Source: Octopus vulgaris
Taxonomy: Eukaryota
Length of the DNA stretch: 64,000 nt
NCBI GenBank assembly: GCA_951406725.2
Contig: OX597826.1
Coordinates: forward strand, 75,764,001 to 75,828,000
Reading direction: 5' to 3'
Shown here: positions 13,673 to 28,910 of the stretch, piece by piece
Layout: each line of letters begins with the position of its first letter
Position numbering within the stretch: the stretch's first letter is position 1
The notes under the pieces: model-generated
What the model saw: only the letters and a program-made list of their open reading frames with translations
Told to the model about the DNA's origin: nothing
The model's database searches: none
Program-made: the position numbers and the translations under genes

Positions 13673-14228
13673 ATGCCCTGATGCAGTTCCAGGCAGTGGC
13701 TCTCATGGCTTCTGATCTTAACTGATTAGAAGTGTTATCATGTACATTGTTTTGTCTTGGTATAAAAGATGGCCTACAGCAAATATTCTGCTCAATACCA
13801 CAGATTTGCTTGTCAGTTGTTTGACTTTAACCAGTTGAGCATGTCCCTTATTGGCTGACGATATGTGCATCTCTGATCACGAGCACAAGTAGTGGGGGAG
13901 CATCATAGCCATGTGTTGAGAGGAATTCTTTGGGGTTTGAATAATTCACCTCTGGAAACATGGGTGGTTCTTTCAACATCCTTAAACAACTCTTATTCAG
14001 GGACCTTTTGAGCGGGATGGGCTACTCAACCTGAAGAAAATTCTAACTGGACCCCACCTGCAAGGTCATGTGCTGTTTATCTTGATATGAGATCACCATG
14101 TCGCGCACATATGGTTGTGATGCATGTGCCTAGTGTACCCCTATCAGATGGGTAGTCATGATGTGTATATTGGGCTTCGTATATTTTACCCCAGTGTCAC
14201 TTTGATGGCATGCACTGCTCTCTCACTC
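13673..14228 (+). mobile_element. ~555-bp non-coding interspersed element flanked by (TAA)n, copy 1
   Basis: Highly similar reverse-complement copy at 56734-57287 with the same termini; no TIR or long ORF seen. Confidence 0.85.
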
Positions 14229-14293
<65 letters not shown>

Positions 14294-14485
14294 TGAGGAG
14301 GAGGAAGAGGATGAGGATGACGACGATGATGATGATGATGATGATGGTGATGGTGACAGTGATGGTGATGGTGATGATGATGATGATGATGATGGTGATG
14401 GTGATGGTGATGATGATGGTGATGTGATGGTGATGATGATGGTGATGTGATGGTGGTGGTGGTGGTGGTGGTGGTGGTGGTGATG

Positions 14486-14520
<35 letters not shown>

Positions 14521-14640
14521 GTGGTGGTGTTGTTGTTGGTGGTGGTGATGATGATGATGACGATGATGATGATGATGATGATGATGGTGATGGTGATGGT
14601 GATGGTGAAGGTGATGATGATGATGATGATGATGATGACG
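14229..14640. repeat. Compound trinucleotide tract (AAT/GAG/GAT/GGT)n
   Basis: Seen directly. Confidence 0.95.
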
Positions 14641-14849
14641 ATATCAGATAGCTTCTCCTGGAAGAACTGTGTTTGTTCTGATTCTGCCTCATCTATGATT
14701 AACTTCATAAGATATTTTCTTTTTTTTTTTTCTCTTTTAAAATAAGTAAAAGTAAATATTGTCTTAACATGCTTTTGTTTTTTTGAGGGTTACTGATTTC
14801 AACATTTTTGGGAGTTGAATTTAAAGACGTTTTTAATTGGTTTTTGTAT

Positions 14850-15360
14850 TTTGTTTGCAAGATTCTTGATATGAATACATGTGTTAAAACAAATTTTGTT
14901 GTCTTGGGAAGGTCATTACATCAACAATGATAACACATGCACTGGTTCAATATTACTTCTTTATTGTTAGTCAATCGGTTAAATATCTAACCAGCTAACA
15001 AATCGATCGATTGTTTAGTGTGGTGGTTAAATAATCAATCAGTTGTTATTCAAAGTCCTTTCGTCGCTAATCGCGACCTATTCAATGACTTGCTACACAT
15101 ACAGGCATACATACGCACAGGTATCGGACCAATTCTCGGACAGACTCAGAGCAGACCTTGAAGAGAGAAGGCAAGTCCTTGAAAAGGTCTCGATTAGCGA
15201 TGAAATGGCTTTGACTCACAAACAAACGCTTGATTTTCTAACCAGCACATTAAGCAAACCGATTGATTGATAAGATATTTAACCACTTTACTAATAATAA
15301 AGAAGTGATACTGAACCAGTGCGTGTGCTATTATTGGCTGTAATGACCCTCCCAACACAA
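14850..15360. mobile_element. Head-to-head pair of diverged Penelope-like pLTR fragments
   Basis: ~14900-15092 is the imperfect reverse complement of ~15171-15358; shares the agtgcgtgtg..ttattggct motif with 2312-2480. Confidence 0.65.
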
Positions 15361-16093
15361 TGTAATGTTGCTATGAAAATGGTCAATTTTATTAAAGAAA
15401 TCTGTTTTAAAACTTATGTGAAACTTGAATGAAGAATATATAAACTTCTTGATTCATAAAGAAATGTGGGCGTTGAATAAATAAATATAAATAAATAAAT
15501 TTATTAATCCAATTTACATCGAATATTTTTTATCGATTACAATAAGAAAGATAACAAAAAATCTTTTTCAGAAATTGCATAAAAAATCGGTTTAAGCCCT
15601 TTGGCAGCTTTCCTGATTTGGGCAAGCTGGAAAGGAGGTTAAAAAATAAATAAAAAGGTTAATAATTATTTAAAAAAAGAAGAAAGAAACATCCTTTGCA
15701 TGCAAACAAAGCGGTCAAAAACGTATGTAAAAAGTAAATCTCTTTAAGTCTGGAAATATGAGATATTACAAATGTTATAAATTCTGTAGATCTATAAAAT
15801 TAAGTTTATGAATGGATTTGGTTCTGCAGAAGGTGGGTTTTTAATGATGTTTTGAAATTTGACGGCAAAAAAAATGTTTTTTTAAGTTTTTGTGGTTAAA
15901 TATTATTCCATATGTTAATATTGTTATAAACGAAGCTTCTCTGACAAATTGATACTCGCAAAAGGGCGTTTCAAAATTCAAACAAGCGATACTTCTTGTT
16001 TGGTAGTTATGAAGGAGGGATGGCGACGGATAATTTCATAGAAATATGTATGGCGGTGATGATGAAAAATTTTGTGGAACTTAATGGCAGAGT

Positions 16094-16154
<61 letters not shown>

Positions 16155-16242
16155 AGAGTTCACGAAAAAAGACAAAAGACGAAGACAGGTGGTGTACAAA
16201 ACAAACAGATGCATTAGAATAACGCTCAGGAATAGAAAAAGT

Positions 16243-16278
16243 CTTTTACGTTTCGAGCTTACGCTCTTCTACAGGAAG
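16243..16278 (-). ncRNA. Degenerate minimal hammerhead in a pLTR fragment (16150-16345) embedded in (TA)n
   Basis: CTTC-CTGTAGA-A-GAGC(gtaa)GCTC-GAAA-CG-TA-AAAG; A6 is replaced by U. Confidence 0.5.
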
Positions 16279-16344
16279 GTACACAGAAAAAACAAGGAGA
16301 GAAAAAAAATGTGTGTAGTGGCTACCGATCTATCATGGCGTCTG

Positions 16345-16390
<46 letters not shown>

Positions 16391-16724
16391 ATCACCTTGA
16401 CCGACCAGTCCGTCGGGCGTCCATTTGACACCGCTGGTCACAGCACGCTGTCCACTCCTCTCTGGATCGCGCCTTCCTCATCCACGTGATCCCAATCGCC
16501 CTCCTAAAATCGTAACTCCACCGTGGTGGAGGCCTTCCGAGTGGTCATTTCCGCTCGCGGGGGTACCACTCGACAACTGCGCGGGTCCACCGATTATCGG
16601 ACGACGTGTCCAGCCCATCTAAATTTGCTGCTTGTATATTCTACGATGACATCCCACACGCCGGACTTCTCTCTAATGATCTCGCTACTGATGTACTCTC
16701 TCGACGAGATTCCAAGCATTGACC
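16391..16724 (-). mobile_element. RTE-clade LINE 3' end
   Basis: RSMLGISSREYISSEIIREKSGVWDVI..KFRWAGHVVR and EWYPRERK*PLGRPPPRW motifs. Confidence 0.85.
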
Positions 16725-18252
16725 TTTAAAGGTAGATTAATATTTTGGAAAATTACGATGGAAAAGGAACAAACCTTTAAAGGTTTCAACCATTGCTGGA
16801 ACTTAAGAGTAAAAAAAAAAGGATATCAACAAAGATCGAGTTTTATTGAGAAAAAAAAACAAAAACAGGAAGAACATCGTTTTCCATTTTCCCAACATAA
16901 CTGTAAGACTGAATGAAGGGTTCTTGCTCTGACTCTTCTATTCATCATGAAAACTTTAAGAGAACTCTATGAGCTGCAATCTGATGGCACACTCAAGTAG
17001 ATATCTACTAAACAAGTCCTGGATTCATGTGAAAGAGGCGCGTCCTACCATTTTTAGGAAAGCAATAAATATACTATGTTGTGTCTTGGGAGGGTCATAT
17101 TGTCTTAATGCCTTATGATTTAACACACACACCGGTTTGATTTCCACTCATCTGTTATGTATATATTTTCTTCCAAAATTTTCGTTTCTTTTGCAACCTT
17201 AATGAACGTTGACTGTACGTTATTGGAGCTGCGTTCTTTTTTGTCTGTTTGTGCGCATGCGTGTGTGTTTGTCAGCATGCATGTGTGCTTGTGTATGCAC
17301 ATATGTATTTATGTATGTATGCGTGTATGTGTGTATGTATGTGTATTTATGTATGTCTGTCTGTCTGTCTGTCTGTCTGTATGTATGTATGTATGTATGT
17401 ATTTATGTATGCGTATGTGTGTGTATGTATGTATTCTGCATAGTCATATCTTTGTGTGTGCATGCTTGTACGTTTGTATGTATGTGTGTGTGTTTGTGTA
17501 TGGGTTTTTGTGACTCTGTACGTGCGTCTGTTATGAATGGATGTGTGTCTCCATATGTCTCCTTGTGTGTGTATGCTTGTGTGTGTGTGTTTGTGTACAA
17601 TATACAGTCGCAGTTTTCCTCTTACAAGTTCAAGCAAGCTTTTTTTCTTAACAAGTATAAAGAGAGAAGAGAAGAAACGTCTCCTTTATATCTGCTAGTG
17701 TTTATCTAAAGTATGATGACCCCAAATTAAGTATTTGTGTACTAAAAGACAAGGTTTCTCATTAGACGAATAAAGTTCATTATCTAAATTGGCTTCAAAA
17801 AATAACACTGCTATGATCCATATATTTTGTTGTAGTTTTCGTCTTGTCTATAATTTGGCTTTTGTCTTTTGTATTTTGTTCTTACTTTTTGTTTTTCTTT
17901 TAAATATGTTTCATATTTTTCTTGTGTGAAAAAAAAACCTTTTATGAGATCTCTTAAACAAGAACTTTAGTTTCTGTTATTTTTGGCATTATTATTAAAC
18001 TTGAGAAAAGTTTATTGTACAAAGTTACCTTTTGCTTAAACCAATTATATATATATATATGAAAAAAAAAAGCTATGTTATGTTGGTTTTGTAAAATTTT
18101 ATTTTACAGAAGAGAAAGATGAATAATGGTACACAAGGAATTTTATATTAAGTCAGGGGTTTCCCGAGATATGGAATTTATTTCAAGGATTCCCCAAGGT
18201 GAAAGAGGTTGGGAAATGTTGACCTAGATATTCATGTCTCCTAATTTTACTC

Positions 18253-18287
<35 letters not shown>

Positions 18288-18362
18288 TTCTTTCTCTCTG
18301 AAAGTGTACCATAAAGATAGACAGATAATTAGATAGACAGATTGATAAATAGACAGACAGAC

Positions 18363-18420
<58 letters not shown>

Positions 18421-18472
18421 GCATATATATGTGCATGTATGCATATGTGTGTGTTTGCGCATGCGTGTGCTG

Positions 18473-18513
<41 letters not shown>

Positions 18514-18535
18514 GTTTAAATATTTGTTGTGCAAG

Positions 18536-18584
<49 letters not shown>

Positions 18585-18588
18585 TATA

Positions 18589-18627
<39 letters not shown>

Positions 18628-19000
18628 TATAAGCTAGCTTAGGCGGCGTCATCTTTGATGTTTATGTTTAATTGATGAACATAACTCTCTGACACTTTTA
18701 CGAGTGCAATCTATAAATAATAGAGCCAGAGGCATCAGCGCAACACACCTAACACATCCAGTAGGAATGAGTAAACGGCAGAGATACTGCATCGTAAGGC
18801 TAAATGTGATTCATTATTTCATGAGATATGGTTACAGGAAATACGTAGTATATAATGCTGCAGATTCCATTTTACAAGGTTAAGCAAGTTTTTTTTTCTT
18901 ATTTAACAGATATCGGGAGGGAAGGCAAGGATCGCCTCCTTTAAGTTAAAAACGAAATCTGTGAGTGCTTATCTAAAATTCAGTGCCCCCCAGATATATA

Positions 19001-19312
19001 TATCACCGTGATCACTGTGACCGACCAGGCTATCAGATGTTGCTACACATCGCTGGTCACAATGCGTTTCGCATTGTTTTAGCCTTCAAATGACGCCACC
19101 CCGCTGGCTAAGCGAGCAGGCCAACAGAAGAAAGAGTGAGAGAAAGTTGCGGCGAAAGAGTACAGCAGGGATTGCCCCCCCCCCTGCCGGAGCCTCGTGG
19201 AGCTTAAGGTGTTTTCGCTCAATAAACACTCACAATGCCTAGTCTAGGAATCGAAACCGTGATCCTATGACCGCGAGTCCGCTGCCCTAACCATTGGGCC
19301 ATTGCGCCTCTA
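19001..19312 (-). mobile_element. SINE family C (tRNA-Arg-like head, RTE-like tail) with 10-bp TSD cagatatata
   Basis: A-box tggcccaatgg and B-box ggtttcgattcc on the minus strand; TSD at 18991-19000 and 19313-19322. Confidence 0.85.
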
Positions 19313-19323
19313 CAGATATATAC

Positions 19324-19361
<38 letters not shown>

Positions 19362-19421
19362 CAGTCCGGGATGGGACGAATATTACTGTTGTTTAGCCCC
19401 AGGAAATGTTTCCAGCTGGCT

Positions 19422-19928
19422 GTTTATCAACAGAGAATAGCTGCTCGGCCAGACGGCGCTGCTGAATTCCCGTTCGAAAATATATAATTTTCAAAGTAAC
19501 ACACAGTCACTGATCTAACAAATAGAAACGTTATTATTTCTAAATCTCTCAAAGAGAGATATTCAGTGGCGGTACTTTAAAGTAAAGACTATCAGCCAAC
19601 ATAATGAGGCAATCCTGGATGGAACGAATGTTACTGTTGTTTAGCCTCAGGAAATGTCATTTCCAGCTGGCTATACAACACAATGTCTGTGTCCTTATAT
19701 ATTCGAACAGGGGAGCCCAGCATCCCCATTCAGCACAAAGCAACATCTGTGGATCGGTTTCTGGGTTTACTTTAAAGTACTGTTACTGAATATCTCCCTT
19801 TGAGAGATTTAGAAATAATAATGTTTCTATTTATTAGATCAGTGATGTGTGTCACTTTGAAAATTATATATTTTCGAACGGGAATTCGGAAGCGCCGTCT
19901 GGCCGAGCAGCTACTCTCTGTTGATAAA
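19422..19928. repeat. Long inverted repeat with ~165-bp arms (19422-19587 / 19766-19928)
   Basis: Reverse-complement match seen directly; the spacer repeats 19360-19421 in direct orientation. Confidence 0.9.
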
Positions 19929-19952
19929 GAACAGTAACTCAGAAACCGGTCC

Positions 19953-20541
19953 ATGTATGTATGTATGTATGTATGTATGTATGTATGTATGTATGTATGT
20001 ATGTATGTATGTATGTATGTATGTATGTATGTATGTATGTATGTATGTATGTATGTATGTATGTATGTATGTATGTATGTATGTATGTATGTATGTATGT
20101 ATGTATGTATGTATGTATGTATGTATGTATGTATGTATGTATGTATGTATGTATGTATGTATGTATGTATGTATGTATGTATGTATGTATGTATGTATGT
20201 ATGTATGTATGTATGTATGTATGTATGTATGTATGTATGTATGTATGTATGCATGCATGCATGCATGCATGCATGTATGTATGTATGTATGTATGTATGT
20301 ATGTATGTATTTCTGTATGCATGCATGTATGTATGTATGTCTGTATGTATGTATGTATGTATGCATGCATGCATGTCTGTATGTGTGTATGTTTGTATGT
20401 ATGTATGCATGCATGCATGCATGTATGGATGTATGTATGTATGTATGTATTATATATGGTTGTATGTATGTATGTATGCATGCATGCAGGTATATATATA
20501 TATATATGAGTATATACATGTATGTATGTAAGTTTGTGTGC

Positions 20542-20598
<57 letters not shown>

Positions 20599-20612
20599 CT
20601 CGCGTGTGTGTG
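19953..20612. repeat. (TATG)n microsatellite, ~300 bp nearly pure then degenerate
   Basis: Seen directly. Confidence 0.97.
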
Positions 20613-21303
20613 AACTTTTTATCGCTTAGCATTTACTAGTTTCAGTATTTCGAATACGGCCATGCTGCAGCACCGTCCTCGAGGGATTAGTCGAACCAAG
20701 TAGACACTTTGGAAAGTCATGGACTTATTCTAACGGTTTCTTTTGCCAAACCGCTAGTTAACGTGGACGTACACAAACCAACGATTACATTGCATTGGTC
20801 AAACCGGGACAATAGTAGACGACACTTGCCTCAGATGCCGAGCAGTGGGACTGAACGCGGAACCATATGGTTGTAAAGCGAATACTTTTTGTCTGCACCT
20901 ATAAATATATACATACTTGTGTGTATGTATATATGTATGCATGTATGTATGTATGTATGTGTGTGTATGTATGTATTTATGTATGTGTGTGTATGTATGT
21001 ATGTATGTATGTATGCATGTATGTATGTGTATATATATATGTATATATATGTGTGTATGTATGTATTTATGTATGTGTGTGTATGCATGCATGTACGTGT
21101 GTGTGTGTATGTATGTATGTTATTTATATACGGGGATTGGTATTTGTCATAGTCTGGCTGTGAAGTGATATCTAGCATAACAACCGGAGCGTGTATATTT
21201 TCTGGCTCATTAAAAGGGTTGGTGAGCATTTCCTATCTTTCCAATCCGAATAACGTCTTCAAGGTGCTTCATCTTTTAACCGCCTCCATCTTATAACATC
21301 TCA

Positions 21304-21757
21304 TTGTGTCTCTTTCCCTCTCTCCGTCAACATCTTTCTCTACCTTTCTCTGCTTCTCCATTCCGCTCTATTCTTTTTCTCTCCCCCTCTCTATTTTCTC
21401 CCTCTCTTATTCTCTTCCTCTATCTCCTCTCTCTCTCTCCCTCTCTCTCCCTCTCTCTTCCTTCTCTTTCCCTCTTTCTCCCTCTATCTCCTCTCTCCCT
21501 CTTCCTTCTCTTCTCTCTCCTTCTCTTTCCCTCTTTCTCCCTCTATCTCCTCTCTCCCTCTTCCTTCTCTTCTCTCTCCTTTTCTTTCCCTCTTTCTCCC
21601 TCTCTCTCCTCTCTCCCTCTTTCTACTTCTCTCTCCCTCTCTCCCTCTTTTTCCTTTTCTCTCCATCTCCTTCTCTATCATTCTCTTGTCCTGTTTCCTT
21701 TCTCTCCCTCTTTGTCTTCCCATGCTCTCTCTCTCTCTCTCTCACACACATAACCCA

Positions 21758-21793
<36 letters not shown>

Positions 21794-21835
21794 CATCTCT
21801 CTCTCTCTCACACACACACACCATCTCTCTCTCTG
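21304..21835. repeat. Polypyrimidine (CT-rich) low-complexity tract
   Basis: Seen directly. Confidence 0.95.
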
Positions 21836-22029
21836 TAATGTCAGTCTATACATATGTGTGTGTGTATGAGTGTGAAAGGGACGTGTATTTAAGCAACATT
21901 ACTTCTTTTTACATAACTGGTAGTAACAGATAATATGACCTTTAAGAAAGGAAAGATACCTGCAACAGACAGGTTTCTTGTTCGGCGCAAGATTTATTGG
22001 CCTTTGTCTTAACGTTAGAAAACTAGGAG

Positions 22030-22725
<696 letters not shown>

Positions 22726-23387
22726 AGAACAGTGAGTGGAGCGTGAACTTGTAAATTTGTGCATTTTTTTAATAAAAAGTGAGCTTTTAGGTTCTTCTTA
22801 TACAACAACTGGAAGAAGCCCTCTCCTACATAGCGCTAGAAATTTACTCGACTGAGTTTGGTCGGGCATGGCAAAAGAGAATGCCAGCGCTCATTTGGGA
22901 ACCGAAAATTCAATCCTCAAAATAGACTAAAATATCGAGGCGCACACCTGCTCATCGCTTGTATTTGGAATAGGGAAAGATCAGGGGTGTGGTCGAGGGC
23001 ATCGATTCTATACTTGTGACATCTGTGTCACAAGCTTGTGACATTCTATACTTGTGACATATAGGTAGGCGGGGAGTGCAGAGGTGATGGAAAGTGATAT
23101 GTAATCAAGAAATTTCAAAATAGGGTTGCAAGTTCTGAAGGATCTCCACCCTTACCGAAGGTAGAGGGTCATACTGAAGCACTTTCTTGTTGCAGATGCA
23201 AAGTAAAAAATTTGTAGCTTCGGCACGGGATTTTACTACCCACGCAATATATTTCTTTGTTCACGCGCGTGCGTGTGTGTGTGTGTATGTTCATGTTTAC
23301 GTATGAGTGTACGTATATGTATATGTGTATGTATGACTGCATACTTACATATTTATATGCATATGTATATACAAGTATATATATATG

Positions 23388-23474
<87 letters not shown>

Positions 23475-23749
23475 AGAGACGATAAGAAAATGCAGGAAAA
23501 ACAACAAATAGAAATGTGTCTGTTGTGCTAAAAAGCCGCTAATTGATTAATTAGCTAATTAAACAAGGTGAGCGTAAGAGTATATGTATACGTGTTTGTG
23601 TGAGTGTGAGCACATAGAAACCTTACATGTATACATATACACATGCGCAAAGAGAGAGAGGCAGACAGACAGGAAGAAACAAAGGAAGAATGAAAGGAAG
23701 TGGGGAGAACAAGGAGACGCTAGGATATATGGAATATTCTTCACCCGCA

Positions 23750-24190
23750 CTCCAACGCAAAAGAGAGTTAGGCAGGAAAAGGTAATTTGGTTCAATACTC
23801 CGTACAATTTAATTTCTTCTCAAACATAGGTTGAAACTTCTTGTCCCAAATTCGAAACCTTTCTCAAACACCTACATGTTACACAAGCTTTTTAATGCCC
23901 TTACTATTAAAGTTAGCTACACATGCCTGTGCTCAGGCAATATTGCTTCCAACATCACTCGACACAACAAAAGAAAAAACACACACCTACACAGACCACA
24001 CTTCTTTCCCCTACCAGTGACTGCCAAACTCTCCATAACTCTCTCTACAATGGTGGGAGAGGCCTCTTGAAGGGTGTAGTCTATAAAATCGCTCTCACAT
24101 GGGTATCCTGAGAAATTATAAAGATCTAAAAGCTAATTGCTTCAAATTAAGACCTACGCGACGCGTACACTCCTTCAAATATCAAGAACA
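23750..24190 (+). pseudogene. Penelope-like element ORF remnant (RT-to-GIY-YIG linker)
   Basis: KVIWFNTPYN, LHKLFNALTIKVSYTC..NIASNITRHNK and GLLKGVVYKI resemble PLE IIWFNPPY..LHKIFNRNTxKVSYSCxxN..HN..CLxxxVVYKA. Confidence 0.8.
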
Positions 24191-25078
24191 GACATGATGA
24201 CACCAAATGATGATGATGAGGAGGAGGAGGAGATGATGATGATGACAACGACGACGAAGACGACGACGACGACGAATATGAGTCATTTATACCCGAACGT
24301 TTAGCTCTCCTTCTCTTTTGAGAAAATATTCAAAAGTTTCCTTGCTATTGAAACAGCCTAATTCTTTTTTCAGGCGCATCCTCTCTTATTTTTGAATTCT
24401 TTGAGAATCTGATGAGTAATTTTTGCTTTCTTACACTTATGTATTATTTTATCATTTATTTTTATTTATTCTTATTTTGTTTGTTTTGGGGTTTTTTTTT
24501 CTGTGGGGTGGGGGGCCAACCGTCGCAGGAGACACATCAATGGTGAATTCAGAAGGTAAAAAGTCAGTCGTAGGCGGACATAGACTAAAGAAAAGAATGT
24601 AGGACATAGATCTGTCTGAGGCTCCTTTTGTGTGTGTGTGTATGCGTGTGTGCGTCTTCTATTTATGTGTGTGTGTGTGCGTGTGTGCTTGATATTATAT
24701 AAATGTGTGTATGTAAATGCGTATGAATGTGCTTGTGTTTGTTTGCGTGTGCCTGATTTTGTCTGCATGCTTCTCTATGCGTAAACATACGTGTATATAT
24801 ATGAATATATGTGTGTGTGTGTACGTGTGTGTGAGAGACACAGAGTGTGTGGGGGGGGTATCAAAGAAAGAGAAAGAGAGAGAGAGACCCTATATATGTG
24901 TGTGTATGTTTAACTGAAAAGTGTAAGAGTACTCAATCTATTAAGTAGAGTTTATACTTGTCTAAAAACAATCGATTGTCGTTACTCAGAGTTTACACAC
25001 ACTCCCGCATATAACTCGCCTGTCTACGTGAAACGTCCAATAAGGATAGAGTGAATGAGCGACTGTGTTCTAAATATA

Positions 25079-25411
25079 CGTTAAGTTAAGTTAAGTTAAT
25101 ATTTTGGCTCAAAAAGCAAAAAGCAAGGCCGTGTAGGGGGAAATGGTGTTATGTACAGGGAGGGTGTTCATGCAAAGAGTTCAGGCCATTTCTGGTCAAG
25201 AGAGACTTTGAACCGAGCGGTCGTCGGCATCTTCACTATCTCGTCCGGCAGCTTATTCCACGGATCCGCAACCCGGACGGAGAGAGCCCCTCTCCTTCGA
25301 TTGAGATGAGATCGTCGCAGATAGAGCTTTTCGAAGTGACCCCGCAGCCGACGCTCTGGAGCAGGAGTGAAGAACAGCTCTTTCGAGAGGTTACACTTTC
25401 CGCTTATGGTC
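25079..25411 (-). mobile_element. CR1-type LINE 3' end with (TTAAC)n tail
   Basis: RRLRGHFEKLYLRRSHLNRRRGALSVRVADPWNKLPDEIV..FKVSLD; short tandem tail at ~25079-25100. Confidence 0.85.
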
Positions 25412-25484
25412 TTACGCGTGTGTGTGCGCGCGTGTGTTCTTGAGTGTGTGTGTGTGTGAGTGAGTGTCCATCAATTACGACGAG

Positions 25485-25765
25485 TGTTCCAGATGATTCG
25501 ATCAACCCGAACAGCCTGCTCGTGAAATTAACTTGCAATTGGCTGAGTACCCCACAGGCATGTTTACTCTTAATGTAGTTCTCTGGGAGATTCAGTATGA
25601 CACAGAATGTAACAGGGCTGACCCTTTTGTATTACAGGTACAACTCACTTTTGCCAGTTGAGTGGACTTGAACAACGTGAAATAAAGTGTCATTCTCAAG
25701 GGAATCGAACTCACGACCTTACGACCGTGAGCCAAATAACCTAACCACTAAGCCACGCGCCTTCT
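25485..25765 (-). mobile_element. tRNA-headed SINE related to 40540-40927
   Basis: Shared block aacagcctgctcgtgaaattaac...tacaggtacaac; head ggcgcgtggcttagtggttagg. Confidence 0.8.
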
Positions 25766-25791
25766 CTATATATGTATGTATACATTTACAC

Positions 25792-26032
<241 letters not shown>

Positions 26033-26136
26033 TTAATCCAAACCAGAAACACAAAAAAACCAAAAAACACAACAACGCGAGGACGTGGAACAAATAAAGT
26101 ATTATTGGACACTCAGGAAAGAAGGGAAGAAGGAGG

Positions 26137-26171
26137 GTCTAACGTTTCGAGCGGAGCTCTTCGTCGGAAAC
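26137..26171 (-). ncRNA. Minimal hammerhead with CCGACGA (U4C) core in a pLTR fragment (26030-26222)
   Basis: GTTT-CCGACGA-A-GAGC(tcc)GCTC-GAAA-CG-TT-AGAC; palindromic ACGT stem III. Confidence 0.65.
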
Positions 26172-26229
26172 ATAGGAGAAGGAAAGATCCCGAGCAGGGA
26201 AGACAGAGGAAAAAAATCGGCAGCGGTAC

Positions 26230-27429
<1,200 letters not shown>

Positions 27430-28461
27430 AAGATAGATAGATAGATAGATGGATGGATAGATAGATAGATTCTATTCTTATCAGTGGGTGCAGGGTCTCG
27501 TCTCAAATTGCATACAGTACCAGAGTGAGTAATTTGCAATAGCCGTGCGTATCACAAGGAAAATGTGCAACTTAAATGAGGCGTAAACCGTTTAAACCAA
27601 GAACCGACGTCGGATTACGTCTCCTGGCCTGATGATCTTCCATCCTTCCATCTTTTACAACTCCTTCTTGGCTTGTTATATTTTTAGTTATCAAAACAAT
27701 ATTAATAGACGGGGTGTGGGAGGAAACTGATATTGTGACATTGATATCTTTTGGGGAATACATTGATGTTATGTCATCGTAATCAGCTTAGATTCGACAC
27801 GCCTGCATTGGAAATGTATACACTCATAATGCACTTTTAGCTATCATTGCCGTTGTTCTTGTTGTTATTAACTCTGCTAATGCATTAAGGGGTCTTTTTT
27901 TTCAACAGTCAAGACTAAACAGATATATATATACACGACGAACTTCCACATAGCTTTCCTCTACCAAATTCACTTACAAGGCCATAGAGCCATGCTTCAA
28001 AGAAATTTATTTCACTAATGCCAGCCATGTCGTCTTAAACAACGAGCCGTCAACGAGTTTAAATCGACTTGTTAAATATAGCAGCTAAATCTCTGCACCA
28101 CTTCTGGAAAATGAAGGACGAGATGGTCACGGCCGGAATGTCTTGTTTGTAGTCATAAGCCTGCTTGATCAAGGCTGACACGGGGACCAAACAACAGTTG
28201 AAAATGCATGATCGTCTACCAACTCTCTCCAATTAGTACTTATCCTGAAAATATGCCTAAAATTTAGTGAGAAGAGAACAAGTCGTTGACATTGATTTCT
28301 GTACTCGGCTGCTAATTATTTTATTGACCTCCAAAGGATGTAAGATGAAAATCGACCTCTGCGGAATTGGAACTCAGAACGTGTCTATGGTAGTATTTTG
28401 CCGCTAAGCATTTGGTTCGACGTAGAAAACGCTTGCCGTCCTTGCATACTCTGAAATATTG

Positions 28462-28514
<53 letters not shown>

Positions 28515-28517
<3 letters not shown>

Positions 28518-28910
28518 GCAGTATCGCCCGGCGTTGCTCGGGTTTGTTTCAACCCTTTAGAATTGGAATTTTTGAAAAGTAAAAATTTTGCATTATGTAG
28601 CTTGTTATTCTCTTTAAGTGAACATTTTTCTGGTTGAAATACACCGAAAAATGGCGACACAGCAGTCAAAAAATCGTTAAAAATAGGGATTTTCATAGGG
28701 GAAAAAAGCACCTTTTTGATGTAAATAATTTTTGGTGTTAACATGGTCCGATTTGAATTTTATCTTCTACGGAAGGCAGAGCAAGCCTTCTTTTATCTTA
28801 CTCTCAATTTTGGTCAACTTAGCGCCGCAGGGTCTCGGAGGAGATAGTGTTAGTTGAGGGCTACCAAACCTGCCATACACAGACAACTTCAGCTTTATTA
28901 TATAGAGAGA
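28515..28910 (-). mobile_element. Non-autonomous Helitron (~395 bp)
   Basis: Minus strand starts A|TCTCTCTATATAATAAAGC and ends with a GC-rich hairpin cccgagcaacgccggg about 8 nt before a CTAT (CTRR-like) terminus; no TSD. Confidence 0.8.

Noticed and set aside
19230-19312. tRNA-like sequences here and at 39955-40017, 40860-40927, 59355-59425 and 36143-36230
   Set aside because: They are SINE heads: no complete cloverleaf, and contiguous with multi-copy SINE bodies.
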